Assembly (NCBI GenBank): GCA_001800675.1
Contig: MGVW01000005.1
Span: 7,493 to 71,492 of the forward strand
DNA: 64,000 nt
Direction: 5' to 3'
Origin: Euryarchaeota archaeon RBG_13_57_23
GTDB taxonomy: Archaea > Thermoplasmatota > Thermoplasmata > UBA10834
Shown: in pieces, positions 48,071-58,500 of the stretch
Layout of the letters: every line of letters starts with the position of its first letter
How positions within the stretch are numbered: position 1 is the first letter of the stretch
Position numbers and translations under genes: made by a program
The notes under the pieces: generated by a model
What the model was told of the DNA's origin: nothing
Seen by the model: the letters and a program-made list of their open reading frames with translations, nothing else
The model's database searches: none

Positions 48071-48616
48071 ATGTCAGCGCTGAGGCTCTACGCTCTCCTC
48101 GAGCATGAGGACGACCCGAAGAAGTGCACTGCGGCGAAACTTGTGCGGCTCGGGGAGATATCGGAAGTCAAGGGGCTGGGGCGGGTGCCAAGACGCATCA
48201 TCGTGCTCGACCCAGAATCAGAGAAAGCCCTGTCCAGGGAGGACGTGGAGTCGGCGGAGCGCTTCGGGGTCCTCGTCCTAGATTGTTCATGGAACAAGCT
48301 CACCAAGTTCCCGAGGCTCAGAGCAGGGATGCAGCACAGGGCATTGCCGTTCATGATCGCCGCGAACCCGACCAACTTCGGAAAGGCCCAGAAGCTCTCG
48401 AGTGCGGAGGCTCTTGCGGCTGCAGCCTACATTCTGGGAGATAGGGCACGCGCAGAGCAGTTGATGAGTAGATTCAAGTGGGGGCCAACATTCATCGATA
48501 TCAACAGAGAAAGACTAGAGGAGTACGCGGCGGCGGCCACGAGCGGAGAGGTTGTGTCCGTGCAGAACCGTATGCTAGATGCAGCCAAAAGGAGCAAAGA
48601 TGCGCACACCGACTAG
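48071..48616 (+). CDS. tsr3: rRNA aminocarboxypropyltransferase Tsr3 (DUF367)
   Basis: DDPKKCTA.KL, DCSW, R.LP...AANP.NFG, LSSAEALAAA, FKWG.TF. Confidence 0.92.
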   Translation: MSALRLYALLEHEDDPKKCTAAKLVRLGEISEVKGLGRVPRRIIVLDPESEKALSREDVESAERFGVLVLDCSWNKLTKFPRLRAGMQHRALPFMIAANPTNFGKAQKLSSAEALAAAAYILGDRARAEQLMSRFKWGPTFIDINRERLEEYAAAATSGEVVSVQNRMLDAAKRSKDAHTD

Positions 48617-48708
48617 TCTTATGTATCACATTGTCGATTCCCTTTCCCCTTTTCCCAAAGACTTCGTCAAGGGGGAGGGCATCGACTTTGATTTGCGGGG
48701 GGAACTGA

Positions 48709-50832
48709 ACGCCTAAGGAGTACACGCCCGAGGACCTTGTCGCCATCTGGGAGGAGTTCCTCGGTGGGCAGGAGCGGAGACACCAGGTGACGGCGATAGC
48801 CGACCTATACCCAGATGTGAGAAGCATCTACGTTTCATTCTCCGACGTCGACAGGTTCGACCCCGACCTTGCCAACTACACGCTTCAGAACCCGACGCAA
48901 TCTCTCAGGTCTGCCGAGGACGCTCTCAAGCACATGATTTCCCACGCCCTCACCAACCCGTTCGTGCATTTCAGGATCAAGGATCTTCCGCGCGACTCGA
49001 GGATCGAGATCCGGAAGTTGCGGGCGAAGCACCTCGGCTCATTCGTGTCCATCGAGGGTCTTGTCAGGAAGGCCACCGAGGTCAGGCCGAGGGTCACCAT
49101 CGCGGAGTTCGAGTGCGTCAGGTGCGGCCACAGAATCGTGATAGAACAGGAGGGCATGCAGTTCCACGAGCCACTCGAGTGTTCGAAGGATGATGGTGGC
49201 TGCGGCAGGGGCACGGGCTCCACGAAGTTCAGGCTCTTGACGGACCCATCCAAGTTCGTCGACACCCAGAAGATCGAAATCCAGGAACCTCCGGAGGGCC
49301 TCAGAGGGGGCTCGCAGCCAGAACGGTTGGCGGGGTACATCGAGGACGATCTGTCGGGGAAGATCTCACCGGGGGACAGGGTGATCATCAACGGGATCCT
49401 CAGGAGCCAGCAGAAAGGAACCCAGGTCAAGTCCACCCTGTTCGAGATACATCTGGACATCAACGCCATCGAGTTCGAGGAGAAGGAGTACGAGGAAGTG
49501 CTCATAACGCCGGAGGACGAGCTCCGGATCCGCGAGTTCGGCGAGGCTCCCGACCTTTTCGAAAGGATCATAGCGTCCATATCGCCGACGATCTACGGCT
49601 ACGATCAGGAGAAGGAGGCTCTCTCACTGCAGCTGTTCGGCGGGGTGAACAAAACGATGGACGACGGCACTCGTATACGGGGTGATATCCACATCGCGCT
49701 CATCGGGGATCCTGGTACCGCGAAATCCCAGATACTCCGCTATATGGCCATGTTGGCCCCGAGGGGCATATACACATCCGGGAAATCCTCTTCTGCGGCC
49801 GGGCTCACCGCTGCTGCGGTGAAGGACGAGTTCGGAGAAGGTCGCTGGACTCTCGAGGCTGGAGCCCTTGTGCTTGCGGACAAGGGTCTGGCGTGCATCG
49901 ATGAGTTGGACAAGATGACGGACCAGGACAGGTCAAGCATTCACGAGAGTCTGGAGCAGGGAACGATATCCGTCGCGAAGGCGGGTATCACCGCCACCCT
50001 ACAATCGCGGTGCGCGGTTCTAGGGGCCGCCAACCCCAAGTACGGGAGGTTCGACGACGCCCAGCCGATCGCTGATCAGATCAACCTTCCTCCGACCCTG
50101 CTTTCGAGATTTGATGCGATCTTCACGATGTCTGACAAGCCAGATGCAGAGAAGGACAGGAGTTTGGCTGTCCATCTGCTGCGCGTCCATCGACGTGGTG
50201 AGGTCAAGCTGCAAGAGTCACCAGAGTCCATAACCGCAGTGGATACGAGGGAGATACTGAGGGACAGCGCTGGCTTGATCCCTGCAATGGACCGTGAGTT
50301 CCTCAGGAAATATGTCGCGTACAGCAAGCGCATAATACCGATCATGAGCGACGAAGCCATGCGAACGCTCGAGAACTACTACGTCAGCATCAGGAAGATG
50401 GGCGAGGGTGAGCAATCCTCCGTGCCCATCACCCCCAGGCAGCTCGAGGCTCTGATTCGTCTATCGGAGGCGAGCGCGAGGGCGCGCCTGAACCAAATCG
50501 TCAGCTCCGAGGATGCTGCGAGGGCAATCAAAATCGTCGAGTACTACCTGAACAAGGTCGCGAGCGATAGCGGTAAGTTGGACATCGACCTCATCTATAC
50601 GGGCACGAGCAGGAGTCAGCGGGAGCAGATATACGTCGTCAGGAACATGATCCAGCAGATGTCGGATGAGAAGCGGGGCGTGAGCGAGGAAGCGCTCATA
50701 CAGAGGGCATCTTCCGAGAACATCCCTGATGACAGGGTGAGGGCGCTCCTCAAGAGGCTCAGCGAGAGCGGAGAGGTGTATCGTCCACAGCCCGGGTTCT
50801 ACAGGCTGACCAGCGAGGAGCGCGCAAGATGA
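48709..50832 (+). CDS. mcm: Replicative helicase MCM
   Basis: Zn finger CxxC...C...C, GDPGTAKSQ, IDELDKM, LLSRFD, TPRQLE. Start proposed at ACG 48709; the ORF track gives GTG 48787. Confidence 0.95.
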   Translation, partial: TPKEYTPEDLVAIWEEFLGGQERRHQVTAIADLYPDVRSIYVSFSDVDRFDPDLANYTLQNPTQSLRSAEDALKHMISHALTNPFVHFRIKDLPRDSRIEIRKLRAKHLGSFVSIEGLVRKATEVRPRVTIAEFECVRCGHRIVIEQEGMQFHEPLECSKDDGGCGRGTGSTKFRLLTDPSKFVDTQKIEIQEPPEGLRGGSQPERLAGYIEDDLSGKISPGDRVIINGILRSQQKGTQVKSTLFEIHLDINAIEFEEKEYEEVLITPEDELRIREFGEAPDLFERIIASISPTIYGYDQEKEALSLQLFGGVNKTMDDGTRIRGDIHIALIGDPGTAKSQILRYMAMLAPRGIYTSGKSSSAAGLTAAAVKDEFGEGRWTLEAGALVLADKGLACIDELDKMTDQDRSSIHESLEQGTISVAKAGITATLQSRCAVLGAANPKYGRFDDAQPIADQINLPPTLLSRFDAIFTMSDKPDAEKDRSLAVHLLRVHRRGEVKLQESPESITAVDTREILRDSAGLIPAMDREFLRKYVAYSKRIIPIMSDEAMRTLENYYVSIRKMGEGEQSSVPITPRQLEALIRLSEASARARLNQIVSSEDAARAIKIVEYYLNKVASDSGKLDIDLIYTGTSRSQREQIYVVRNMIQQMSDEKRGVSEEALIQRASSENIPDDRVRALLKRLSESGEVYRPQPGFYRLTSEERAR

Positions 50833-51125
50833 TCTGCCTGAGGGTATACAGCCGCGGAGGCGAGACGCTTCTGGCTGCCTGTGACAAGGACGTTCTGGGC
50901 AAGACCTTCAAGGGAAAGGGGTTGAAGATCACGGTGTCCGAGGGTTTCTACCGCGGCGAGGATGCCGACGAGGAGACGCTCGTGAACAGGCTGCAGCTCG
51001 CGACCGTCGCGAACCTCGTGGGCAAGAGGACCCTTGAGATCGCGATCAGGCACGGCTTCGTCGACTCAGACTGCGTGATGGATATCGGAGGCGTCCCGCA
51101 CGCGCAGATGGCGAGGATGATGTAG
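50829..51125 (+). CDS. DUF424 family protein
   Basis: LLAACD...LGK, FY.G, ANLVG, IGGVPHAQ. Confidence 0.88.
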   Translation: MICLRVYSRGGETLLAACDKDVLGKTFKGKGLKITVSEGFYRGEDADEETLVNRLQLATVANLVGKRTLEIAIRHGFVDSDCVMDIGGVPHAQMARMM

Positions 51126-52160
51126 TTGTTCTGCGTCGAGTGCGGCAGAGAGGGCGAGTTGGTAGGCGCCCTGTGCCGGGACTGCTACTCGAAGAAGCAC
51201 GTCCAGCCAACGATCGCGGACCATGTCGACCTGACGATTTGCGCACACTGCCAATCAATGCAGACCGACAAGGGCTGGGAGGACATCGGGTCCATCAGGC
51301 AGGCTGCGGAGGCAGCGATCGAAGATTCGCTTGTGCTCCCGAAGGACGCCAAGCTATCGGACTTCAGGGTCCACCTGTCGGAGAAGGACGAGCGCAACCT
51401 CGAGGCCAAGATCGCTGTCATGCTCGTGGTGCAGGGGCACGAGTTCACGCGCGAGCTGCTGACGATAGTCAGGGTCAAACGCGGATCGTGCACCGAGTGC
51501 TCCAAGCAGCAGGGGAGGTACTACGAGGCGATACTTCAGGTGAGAGGTCCGGCGCGCACGCTGCCGAAGCACCTCGAGGCTGATGTGGAGCGTCTTGTCA
51601 GGGATCGGGTCGGCGCCATGAGGAAGTCGAGCAGAGAGGTGTTCCTGAGCAAGGTCGAGAAGGTCAAGGGCGGACTCGATTTCTATTTCAGCACGGTGAA
51701 CTCGGCCAGGAGTGTGGCCAGGGAGCTACAGGAGGTCTACTGCGCGGAGTTCAAAGGGTCATCGAGCCTTTGGGGCCGGAGGGACGGCAAGGACGTCTAC
51801 AGGATGACCTATCTGGTCCGTCTGCCGGGTATATTCAGAGGAGATGTCGTCGCCTTGGGCGGGAGGGAGTTCTACGTCCGCGGGATGTCCAGGGGCATGC
51901 TGCACGGGATCGACCTCTTGACAGGCGAGGAGCGCGCCATCAAGTTCACCGAGCGCACGGAGTGTTCGCTCTCGCAGTCTAAGCCCGAGATCTTGAAGGC
52001 GGTCGTTCTCAGCGAGAAGGAGCGCGAGCTGCAGGTGCTCGACCCGGAGACGATGAAGCCTCTGGAGGTCAGGAAGCCACGCGGATTCTCTCGAAAAGGC
52101 GACCAGACACGGCTCGTGAAGACGAAGCTCGGGACATACGTCCTAAGCGACAGCTGGTAA
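51126..52160 (+). CDS. NMD3-family ribosome biogenesis protein
   Basis: Four CxxC pairs, YYEAILQVR and GLDFYF; TTG start directly after the DUF424 stop. Confidence 0.88.
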   Translation: MFCVECGREGELVGALCRDCYSKKHVQPTIADHVDLTICAHCQSMQTDKGWEDIGSIRQAAEAAIEDSLVLPKDAKLSDFRVHLSEKDERNLEAKIAVMLVVQGHEFTRELLTIVRVKRGSCTECSKQQGRYYEAILQVRGPARTLPKHLEADVERLVRDRVGAMRKSSREVFLSKVEKVKGGLDFYFSTVNSARSVARELQEVYCAEFKGSSSLWGRRDGKDVYRMTYLVRLPGIFRGDVVALGGREFYVRGMSRGMLHGIDLLTGEERAIKFTERTECSLSQSKPEILKAVVLSEKERELQVLDPETMKPLEVRKPRGFSRKGDQTRLVKTKLGTYVLSDSW

Positions 52161-52236
52161 TCGTCCACATTTTGTCGGTTGACATCCAAAGGAATTAATC
52201 CTGAGGTCGCCTTTTCGGGCCCGAGGACGGAGATTT

Positions 52237-53112
52237 ATGGTCACCGAGCAGGAGGATGTATCGAACGCAGTAGTCGAGCTGCTCCGGAAGACCGTCGTCA
52301 GGCTCCCGCAGGATGTCGAGGACGCCATTAGAAATGCATATGCCAGCGAGACTGACGAGGTCCCGAAGATGCAGCTGAAGGCAATCGTGGACAACATAGA
52401 CATGGCGATCAAGGGCAATACGCCCATGTGTCAGGATACTGGCGTGGCGATCTTCTACGTCGATCTGCCCAAGGGCTGTAAGGTGGATGTCGGGGAGGGC
52501 ATCGTCGAAGGTGTGCGCAGGGCCACGAAGGAGGTCCCACTAAGGCCGAACGCGGTCCACCCGATCACGAGGAAGAACCCGGGCGACAATGTCGGCGAGA
52601 GGATGCCGTACATCAGCCGGCGCATTCATGACCAGGACTACATCGAGATAACTGTCATGACGAAGGGCGCGGGCTCCGAGAACATGAGCCAGCTCGCGAT
52701 GCTCACGCCCAGCCAGGGCCTGAAGGGGATTAAGGAGTTCGTGCTCAACGGTGTGCTCAGAGCGGGCAGCAACCCGTGCCCGCCCACGATCTTGGGCGTC
52801 GGCATCGGTGGTTCGAGCGACATCGCGATGAAGCTTGCGAAGGAGGCGCTCCTCCGGCCGATCAACGTGAGGCACAAGGACCCCGAGATGGCCAAGCTGG
52901 AAACCGAGCTCCTGGAGGCGATCAACATGTTGGGGATCGGACCCATGGGCCTTGGAGGCAAGACGACATGCCTCGGCCTCAACATCGAGTACGCATACTG
53001 CCACACTGCAAGTCTTCCTGTTGGATTGAATGTACAGTGCTGGGCGGGAAGGCGCGGGACCGTCAGGATATACCCAGACGGCAAGGCGACCTATCCGACG
53101 CACGAGAGGTGA
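52237..53112 (+). CDS. Fe-S hydro-lyase (class I fumarate hydratase/tartrate dehydratase) alpha subunit
   Basis: CQDTG, KGAGSEN, PCPP, GPMGLGG, HTASLPV, QCWA. Confidence 0.92.
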   Translation: MVTEQEDVSNAVVELLRKTVVRLPQDVEDAIRNAYASETDEVPKMQLKAIVDNIDMAIKGNTPMCQDTGVAIFYVDLPKGCKVDVGEGIVEGVRRATKEVPLRPNAVHPITRKNPGDNVGERMPYISRRIHDQDYIEITVMTKGAGSENMSQLAMLTPSQGLKGIKEFVLNGVLRAGSNPCPPTILGVGIGGSSDIAMKLAKEALLRPINVRHKDPEMAKLETELLEAINMLGIGPMGLGGKTTCLGLNIEYAYCHTASLPVGLNVQCWAGRRGTVRIYPDGKATYPTHER

Positions 53113-53117
53113 TGTGA

Positions 53118-53717
53118 ATGCCCAAGAGGATCAAGACACCAATCTCCGAGGCGGACGCGCGCGCGCTGAAGGCGGGCGAGACCATATACATGGACGGGAT
53201 AGTCTTCACAGGAAGGGACGAAGTGCACATCCACGCCCTCGAGTACCTGGAGAAGGGCAAGAAGATCCCTGTCGATTTCAAGGGCGCGGCCCTCTTCCAC
53301 TGTGGCCCGATCATGAAGAAGGTCGAGGAGAAGTGGGTCGCGGTCGCCGCTGGACCGACGACCTCGTCAAGGATGAACTCGCTCGAGCCGGGGTTCATCG
53401 AAAAGTTCAGGCCAGGGGCCATCATCGGCAAAGGAGGCATGTCACAACCGACCGTGGACGCAATGAAGGAGTTCGGGTGCGTCTACCTCGCCTTCACAGG
53501 TGGGGCGGCGGTCCTTGCCGCGAAGGGCATCAAGAGCGTTGAGGGAGTCGAGTGGTTCGAGCTCGGGATGCCAGAAGCCATCTGGATACTCAACTGCGAC
53601 AACTTCGGGCCTTTGACCGTGGCTATCGACGCGCACGGGAACAGCCTGTTTGCGGACGTGAATGTGAAGGTCAAGGAGAACGAGAAGAAGGCGCGGGCGA
53701 AACTGGGCCTGAGCTAG
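53118..53717 (+). CDS. Fe-S hydro-lyase beta subunit
   Basis: TGRDEVH, HCGP, GPTTSSRM, IGKGGM, LGMPEA. Confidence 0.92.
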   Translation: MPKRIKTPISEADARALKAGETIYMDGIVFTGRDEVHIHALEYLEKGKKIPVDFKGAALFHCGPIMKKVEEKWVAVAAGPTTSSRMNSLEPGFIEKFRPGAIIGKGGMSQPTVDAMKEFGCVYLAFTGGAAVLAAKGIKSVEGVEWFELGMPEAIWILNCDNFGPLTVAIDAHGNSLFADVNVKVKENEKKARAKLGLS

Positions 53718-53745
53718 AACCGAAACGAGCCGCCTTCGGGCCGCT

Positions 53746-55413
53746 TCACTTCAGTTTTCTCACTTTCTTGTTTTTCGAGCCGCTTTCGCTGTCCTCCGTG
53801 ACGGAGTCCCCGTCTCCGAGCTCCTCTTCACCTAGCTCCTCGTCGGCGTTCTCCTCCTCGGACTGGTCATACACTGCCGGGGTGGTCGACGGGGAGATGA
53901 AGGTTCGGATTCTCAGCGCCAGCGCGACGACGAATATGATGAGTGCGAGGGCGAGTGCGAGTAACATCATCGAGTGCGCCATGTCAAGTCCCTCGATGAA
54001 TCCTTCGAAAGTCTCGCGCAGGGGGGTCATCTGGAACTCGATTATCTCGATGGAGCCGTCCACGGCCTCAACGTCACTGATCTCCAGAGGCCTGTATCCA
54101 GTCTTCTCGAACCTGAGCGTGTAGTTGTCGGCAGGCAGCGCGGCGAACTCGAATTCACCGTTGATGTCCGTGTAGACCGAACGAGGTTGGGGAGACAGGT
54201 CGATGACAGTCACGAGGACGTTCACGATCGGGGCGTTCGTCCGAGTATCCTTGACCGTCCCTCGGAGTCTTGCGCCCGGGAGCCCAGTCATGTTGAAGTT
54301 GAGCTGGGTCTCGCCGCCGGGCAGGATCTCGACGCCCGTGACGGACTGGGTCTCATAGCCTTGGATTGTGGCCACCACAACATAGACTCCGGCTGTGAGG
54401 TTCCTGATCTCGTAGTTGCCGTCCGAGCCGGACAGAGTGGAAATGTCCGTGCCGGCGATGGAGATGTTGGCGCCAACCTTGAGTACCTGCCCAGACCTAA
54501 CCACTCCGTACAGCCGAGTTGGCTTCTCCTGCAGGTAGAGATCTACCCCCAGCGTGCGGTTACCTCTCGTGACCTCCACATCGGTCACACTGGCTGCAAG
54601 GAAACCTTCTCGTGATGCCGTGACGATGTATTTTCCCTCCGGGACGTTCGTGATGTTGTAGTTGCCGCTGGGATCGCTCTGGATCGTGACAGTGACCAAG
54701 CCGATCTGGACGGACACGTTGGTCGCATTCAGGGGAGTGCCGAGCTGCGAGTGATATGTGCATCCTGAGATCGAGCCGTTCTGGGTCACAAGAACGAAGT
54801 TGGCCAAGGAGCTGTCAGCAATGGGCACGAACACATCCAGCGTCTGAGGCACATATCCTTGCGCACTCGCCGTAACGGAATGCGTCCCTCCGGGCAGCCC
54901 GTCGAGTCTGTAAGATCCGTTGACAGGAGACACGGACGCAGAATACCCGAGAGAGATGATTGAAACCGTAGCTCCAGAGATGTACCCTGTCGGGCTGGTG
55001 ACCGTCCCCAGAATTGTGCTCCCCTGGATCGTCAAGGTAACGTATGTGGTCTGGTTCTCGACTACTGTGCCATCCTGAGGCAGGCTATCCCAGTAGTTCG
55101 ATTTGGCCGCCGAGAGCTTGTAAGGAAGGTCGGTCTCGTTGGGTGCAAGGTCATGGATGAGATATGTCCCATCCGCACCAGTCACTCCGACAGTAGTGCC
55201 ATTCAGCCTGACCGTGGCGTCCACCACGTATCTTCCGACATTGTCCACGACGGTGACGTTGATGGCACCCAAACCGGGCGTCTGAAGCGCGGAGACGGTT
55301 CGAGGCTCCTCGCTCGAGAATGAGACGATCACACCAGCTCCCACTGCTCCAAGGATCAAGACCAACGCGATGATCGCTGTCGGCAGGGAGCTCGAAACCG
55401 AATGTCTGGCCAT
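53746..55413 (-). CDS. Surface protein with five carboxypeptidase-regulatory-like (transthyretin-like) repeats, C-terminal TM and acidic tail
   Basis: Repeated G.V....A.V....T..DG.Y.I..L..G.Y.V.A...GY units; N-terminal hydrophobic signal/anchor. Confidence 0.85.
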   Translation of the reverse strand: MARHSVSSSLPTAIIALVLILGAVGAGVIVSFSSEEPRTVSALQTPGLGAINVTVVDNVGRYVVDATVRLNGTTVGVTGADGTYLIHDLAPNETDLPYKLSAAKSNYWDSLPQDGTVVENQTTYVTLTIQGSTILGTVTSPTGYISGATVSIISLGYSASVSPVNGSYRLDGLPGGTHSVTASAQGYVPQTLDVFVPIADSSLANFVLVTQNGSISGCTYHSQLGTPLNATNVSVQIGLVTVTIQSDPSGNYNITNVPEGKYIVTASREGFLAASVTDVEVTRGNRTLGVDLYLQEKPTRLYGVVRSGQVLKVGANISIAGTDISTLSGSDGNYEIRNLTAGVYVVVATIQGYETQSVTGVEILPGGETQLNFNMTGLPGARLRGTVKDTRTNAPIVNVLVTVIDLSPQPRSVYTDINGEFEFAALPADNYTLRFEKTGYRPLEISDVEAVDGSIEIIEFQMTPLRETFEGFIEGLDMAHSMMLLALALALIIFVVALALRIRTFISPSTTPAVYDQSEEENADEELGEEELGDGDSVTEDSESGSKNKKVRKLK

Positions 55414-55546
55414 CGGATATCCGCAGCCTTTCCTATCGGTTCGTTTACATAAATACGTTTGCCGCTGTGAGGACTTTCTCCATCCTGTCTGAAAACGTAT
55501 TAATAGGCTTGAAGGATAAGGAAATGGAATTTGACGGTCAGTTCAC

Positions 55547-58500
55547 ATGGTCACTAGAGTCGAGGATACGGGAACCACGGACGAGGTACTGTCCCTGATG
55601 CATCCGACTGTGTCAGAGTGGTTCAGGTCGAAGTTCGGAGAGGTCACGGAGGCCCAAGGCATGGCAGTGCCCCTCATCCATGCCCGCAGGAATGTGGTCG
55701 TATCGTCTCCGACAGGGTCAGGAAAGACACTGACCGCATTCCTCGCCATAATCAATGAGCTGATACTGCTGGCAGAGAAGGGGCAGTTGGAGGATAGGAT
55801 CTACGCTGTCTACGTGTCACCCCTCAAGGCTCTGGCCAACGACATCAACGAGAACCTGATCAAGCCCTTGTCGGAGATATCCGAGCTCTTCAGGGCAAAG
55901 GGCTTGACGCCTCCTGAGGTCAAGGTGGCCGTCAGGACGGGCGACACCCTTCCGAGCGAGAGGCAGAGACAAGCGCGCTCGCCCCCTCACATATTCATCA
56001 CTACTCCGGAATCCTTGTCTCTTGTACTGGCGACACCAGTATTCAGCACCAAATTCGCTGGCGTGGACTACGTGGTCGTGGACGAGGTGCATGAGATATG
56101 CGATTCTAAGCGAGGCGTGGCTCTTTCGCTCGCCCTCGAACGTCTCCAGAATCTGTGCAAGAAGGAGTTCGTCAGAATAGGGCTCTCTGCAACAGTTGCC
56201 CCGCTCGAGCAGGTCGCGGAGTACCTGGCGGGGCTCAGCGACGGCAGACCCAGGGAGATCAACGTTGTCGAGGTGTTCAAACAGCGAGATCTCGACCTCA
56301 AAGTGCTCTGCCCGACCAAGGACATGACCGCCCTCTCGTTCGAAGTGGTCAACTCGAAGATGTACGACATGCTGAAGGACATGATCAACCAGCACAAGAC
56401 CACCCTGGTATTCACCAACACCAGGAGCGGGGCCGAGAGCGTCGTCTACAAGCTCAAGGAGCGCGGGCTCGAGAATATCGGTACGCATCACGGGAGCTTG
56501 AGCAGGGAGACCAGGATGGATGTAGAGGGAAGCCTGAGGAACGGGCTCCTGAAAGCGGTGGTCTCGTCCACATCTCTGGAGCTTGGAATCGACATCGGTT
56601 CCATCGACCTCGTTGTCCAGATAGGATCTCCAAAATCGGTGGCAAAGGGCTTGCAACGGGTGGGCAGGGCCGGGCACCAGTACGGGGGCACCTCGACAGG
56701 CAGGATGGTGGTCTTCGAGAGCGACGACCTGGTGGAGTGCGCTGTGCTCTGCAGGGCGGCTCATAGGAAGATGATCGATCGGGTGACGATTCCGGTCAAT
56801 TCGTTGGATGTGCTCGCTCAGACTCTCGTGGGGATGTCCATAGAACGCAGGTGGAAGGTCGAGGATGCCTTCGACCTGATCAGACGTTCGTACTGTTACA
56901 GGGACTTGCCGCTGGAGCAGTTCGATAGCGTCCTCAAGTACCTTGGCGGAAAGGAACAGTTCGAGGGCATATACGCCAAGCTCTGGTACGATGACAAGGA
57001 ACGCGTGTTCGGAAGGAAGCGCGGGGCCAGGATGATATATTATCTGAACCAGGGGACGATCCCTGAGGAGGCGGACTACCAGGTCTACTCCGAGCGCGGC
57101 TCGCCCGTGGGCTCCCTCTCCGAGAAATTCGTTGAGCGCCTCTCACAGGGCGACATATTCGTCCTTGGGGGCAGGAGCTACGAGTTCATCAAGTCCAAAG
57201 CGACCAAGGTATTCGTCAAGAGCGCTAGTGGGCGCAAGCCGACGGTTCCGTCCTGGACCGGCGAGATGCTGCCCAGGAGCTTCGACCTCTCTGTAGCCAT
57301 CGGCCAATTCCGAGGCGAGATGGAGCAGCGCCTCGGGACGATGCCTGAGCAGGCGATCGCAGCGTGGCTGAGGGAGGAATTCGGTCTGGATGAGGGGTCC
57401 TCTACAACCATAGTCAACTACTTCAAGGAGCAAAAGGCCGTCGCGAAGGTGCCGACGGATTCTAGGCTCCTGGTCGAAGGGTACGTCGACGCGACGGGCA
57501 ACAAGAGCGCAATCTTCCACTTCCCGTTCGGCAGGCGTGTCAACGACGCCCTCAGCAGGGCGTACGCATCGGTCCTGTCCGAGAGGCTGCGATCGAATGT
57601 GACCGTATCGGTGACAGACGACAGCTTCATGGTCACAGTCCCCAGGAGTTTCAAGCTTGAGGAGCTCGGCGACATGCTGCGCTCAGAGAACTTGGAAAGG
57701 ATACTGAGGAACGCTGTTCGCGATTCCGAATTGTTCTCGCAGCGGTTCAGACACGTCGCGACCAGGAGCTTCATGGTCCTCAGGAATTACAAGGGAAAGG
57801 AACTCTCCGTGTCGAGGCAACAGCTCCGGTCGAGCCGTCTTCTCGACGCTCTTCACGAGGTCGAGAAATTCCCTGTCATAGCCGAGACCTATGAGGAGAT
57901 ACTGACCGAGGTCATGGACATGGAGCACGCGAGGGAGGTGCTCGCATCCATTGAGAGAGGCGAGAGGAGGATAGAGTATCTGCCATTCTCTGGTGTTCCC
58001 TCACCATTCGCGCACAATGTGATCCTCGTGGGCGTGTCCGACATCGTGCTGATGGAGGACAGGAGCATGCTGCTCAGGGAACTCCACAGGAAGGTGCTGG
58101 AACGGGCGCTGGGGGAGGAGGCCGTATCCGAGTATCAATTCGATCCCGATGTCGTCGAGGAGTACTACGCCGCGAAGTTCCCCCGAATCCAGTCCAAGGA
58201 GGACATCATCGGGGCGCTCCGTCTCGTCGGCCCGATGAACATATTCAGAGAGAAGGGAGAGAACATCTTCTCGCATTCGAAGGTGGCGTTCGACAAGCTC
58301 AGATCATGGGGGACAGAGCTTCTGAGGGAAGGCAAGATCCACTCGGTCTGGATAGGGGAGGATCTGTACGTCTCCTCTGAGGAGTATCCGCTCTACGCGT
58401 GCCTTCACTCGCGCCAGGTTGACCTGGGTCCGAGCGAGAAGGCAATCGTGGACGAGCTCAAGAAATCCCCGAGGACCCAGAGCGAGCTCACGGGGCTCAT

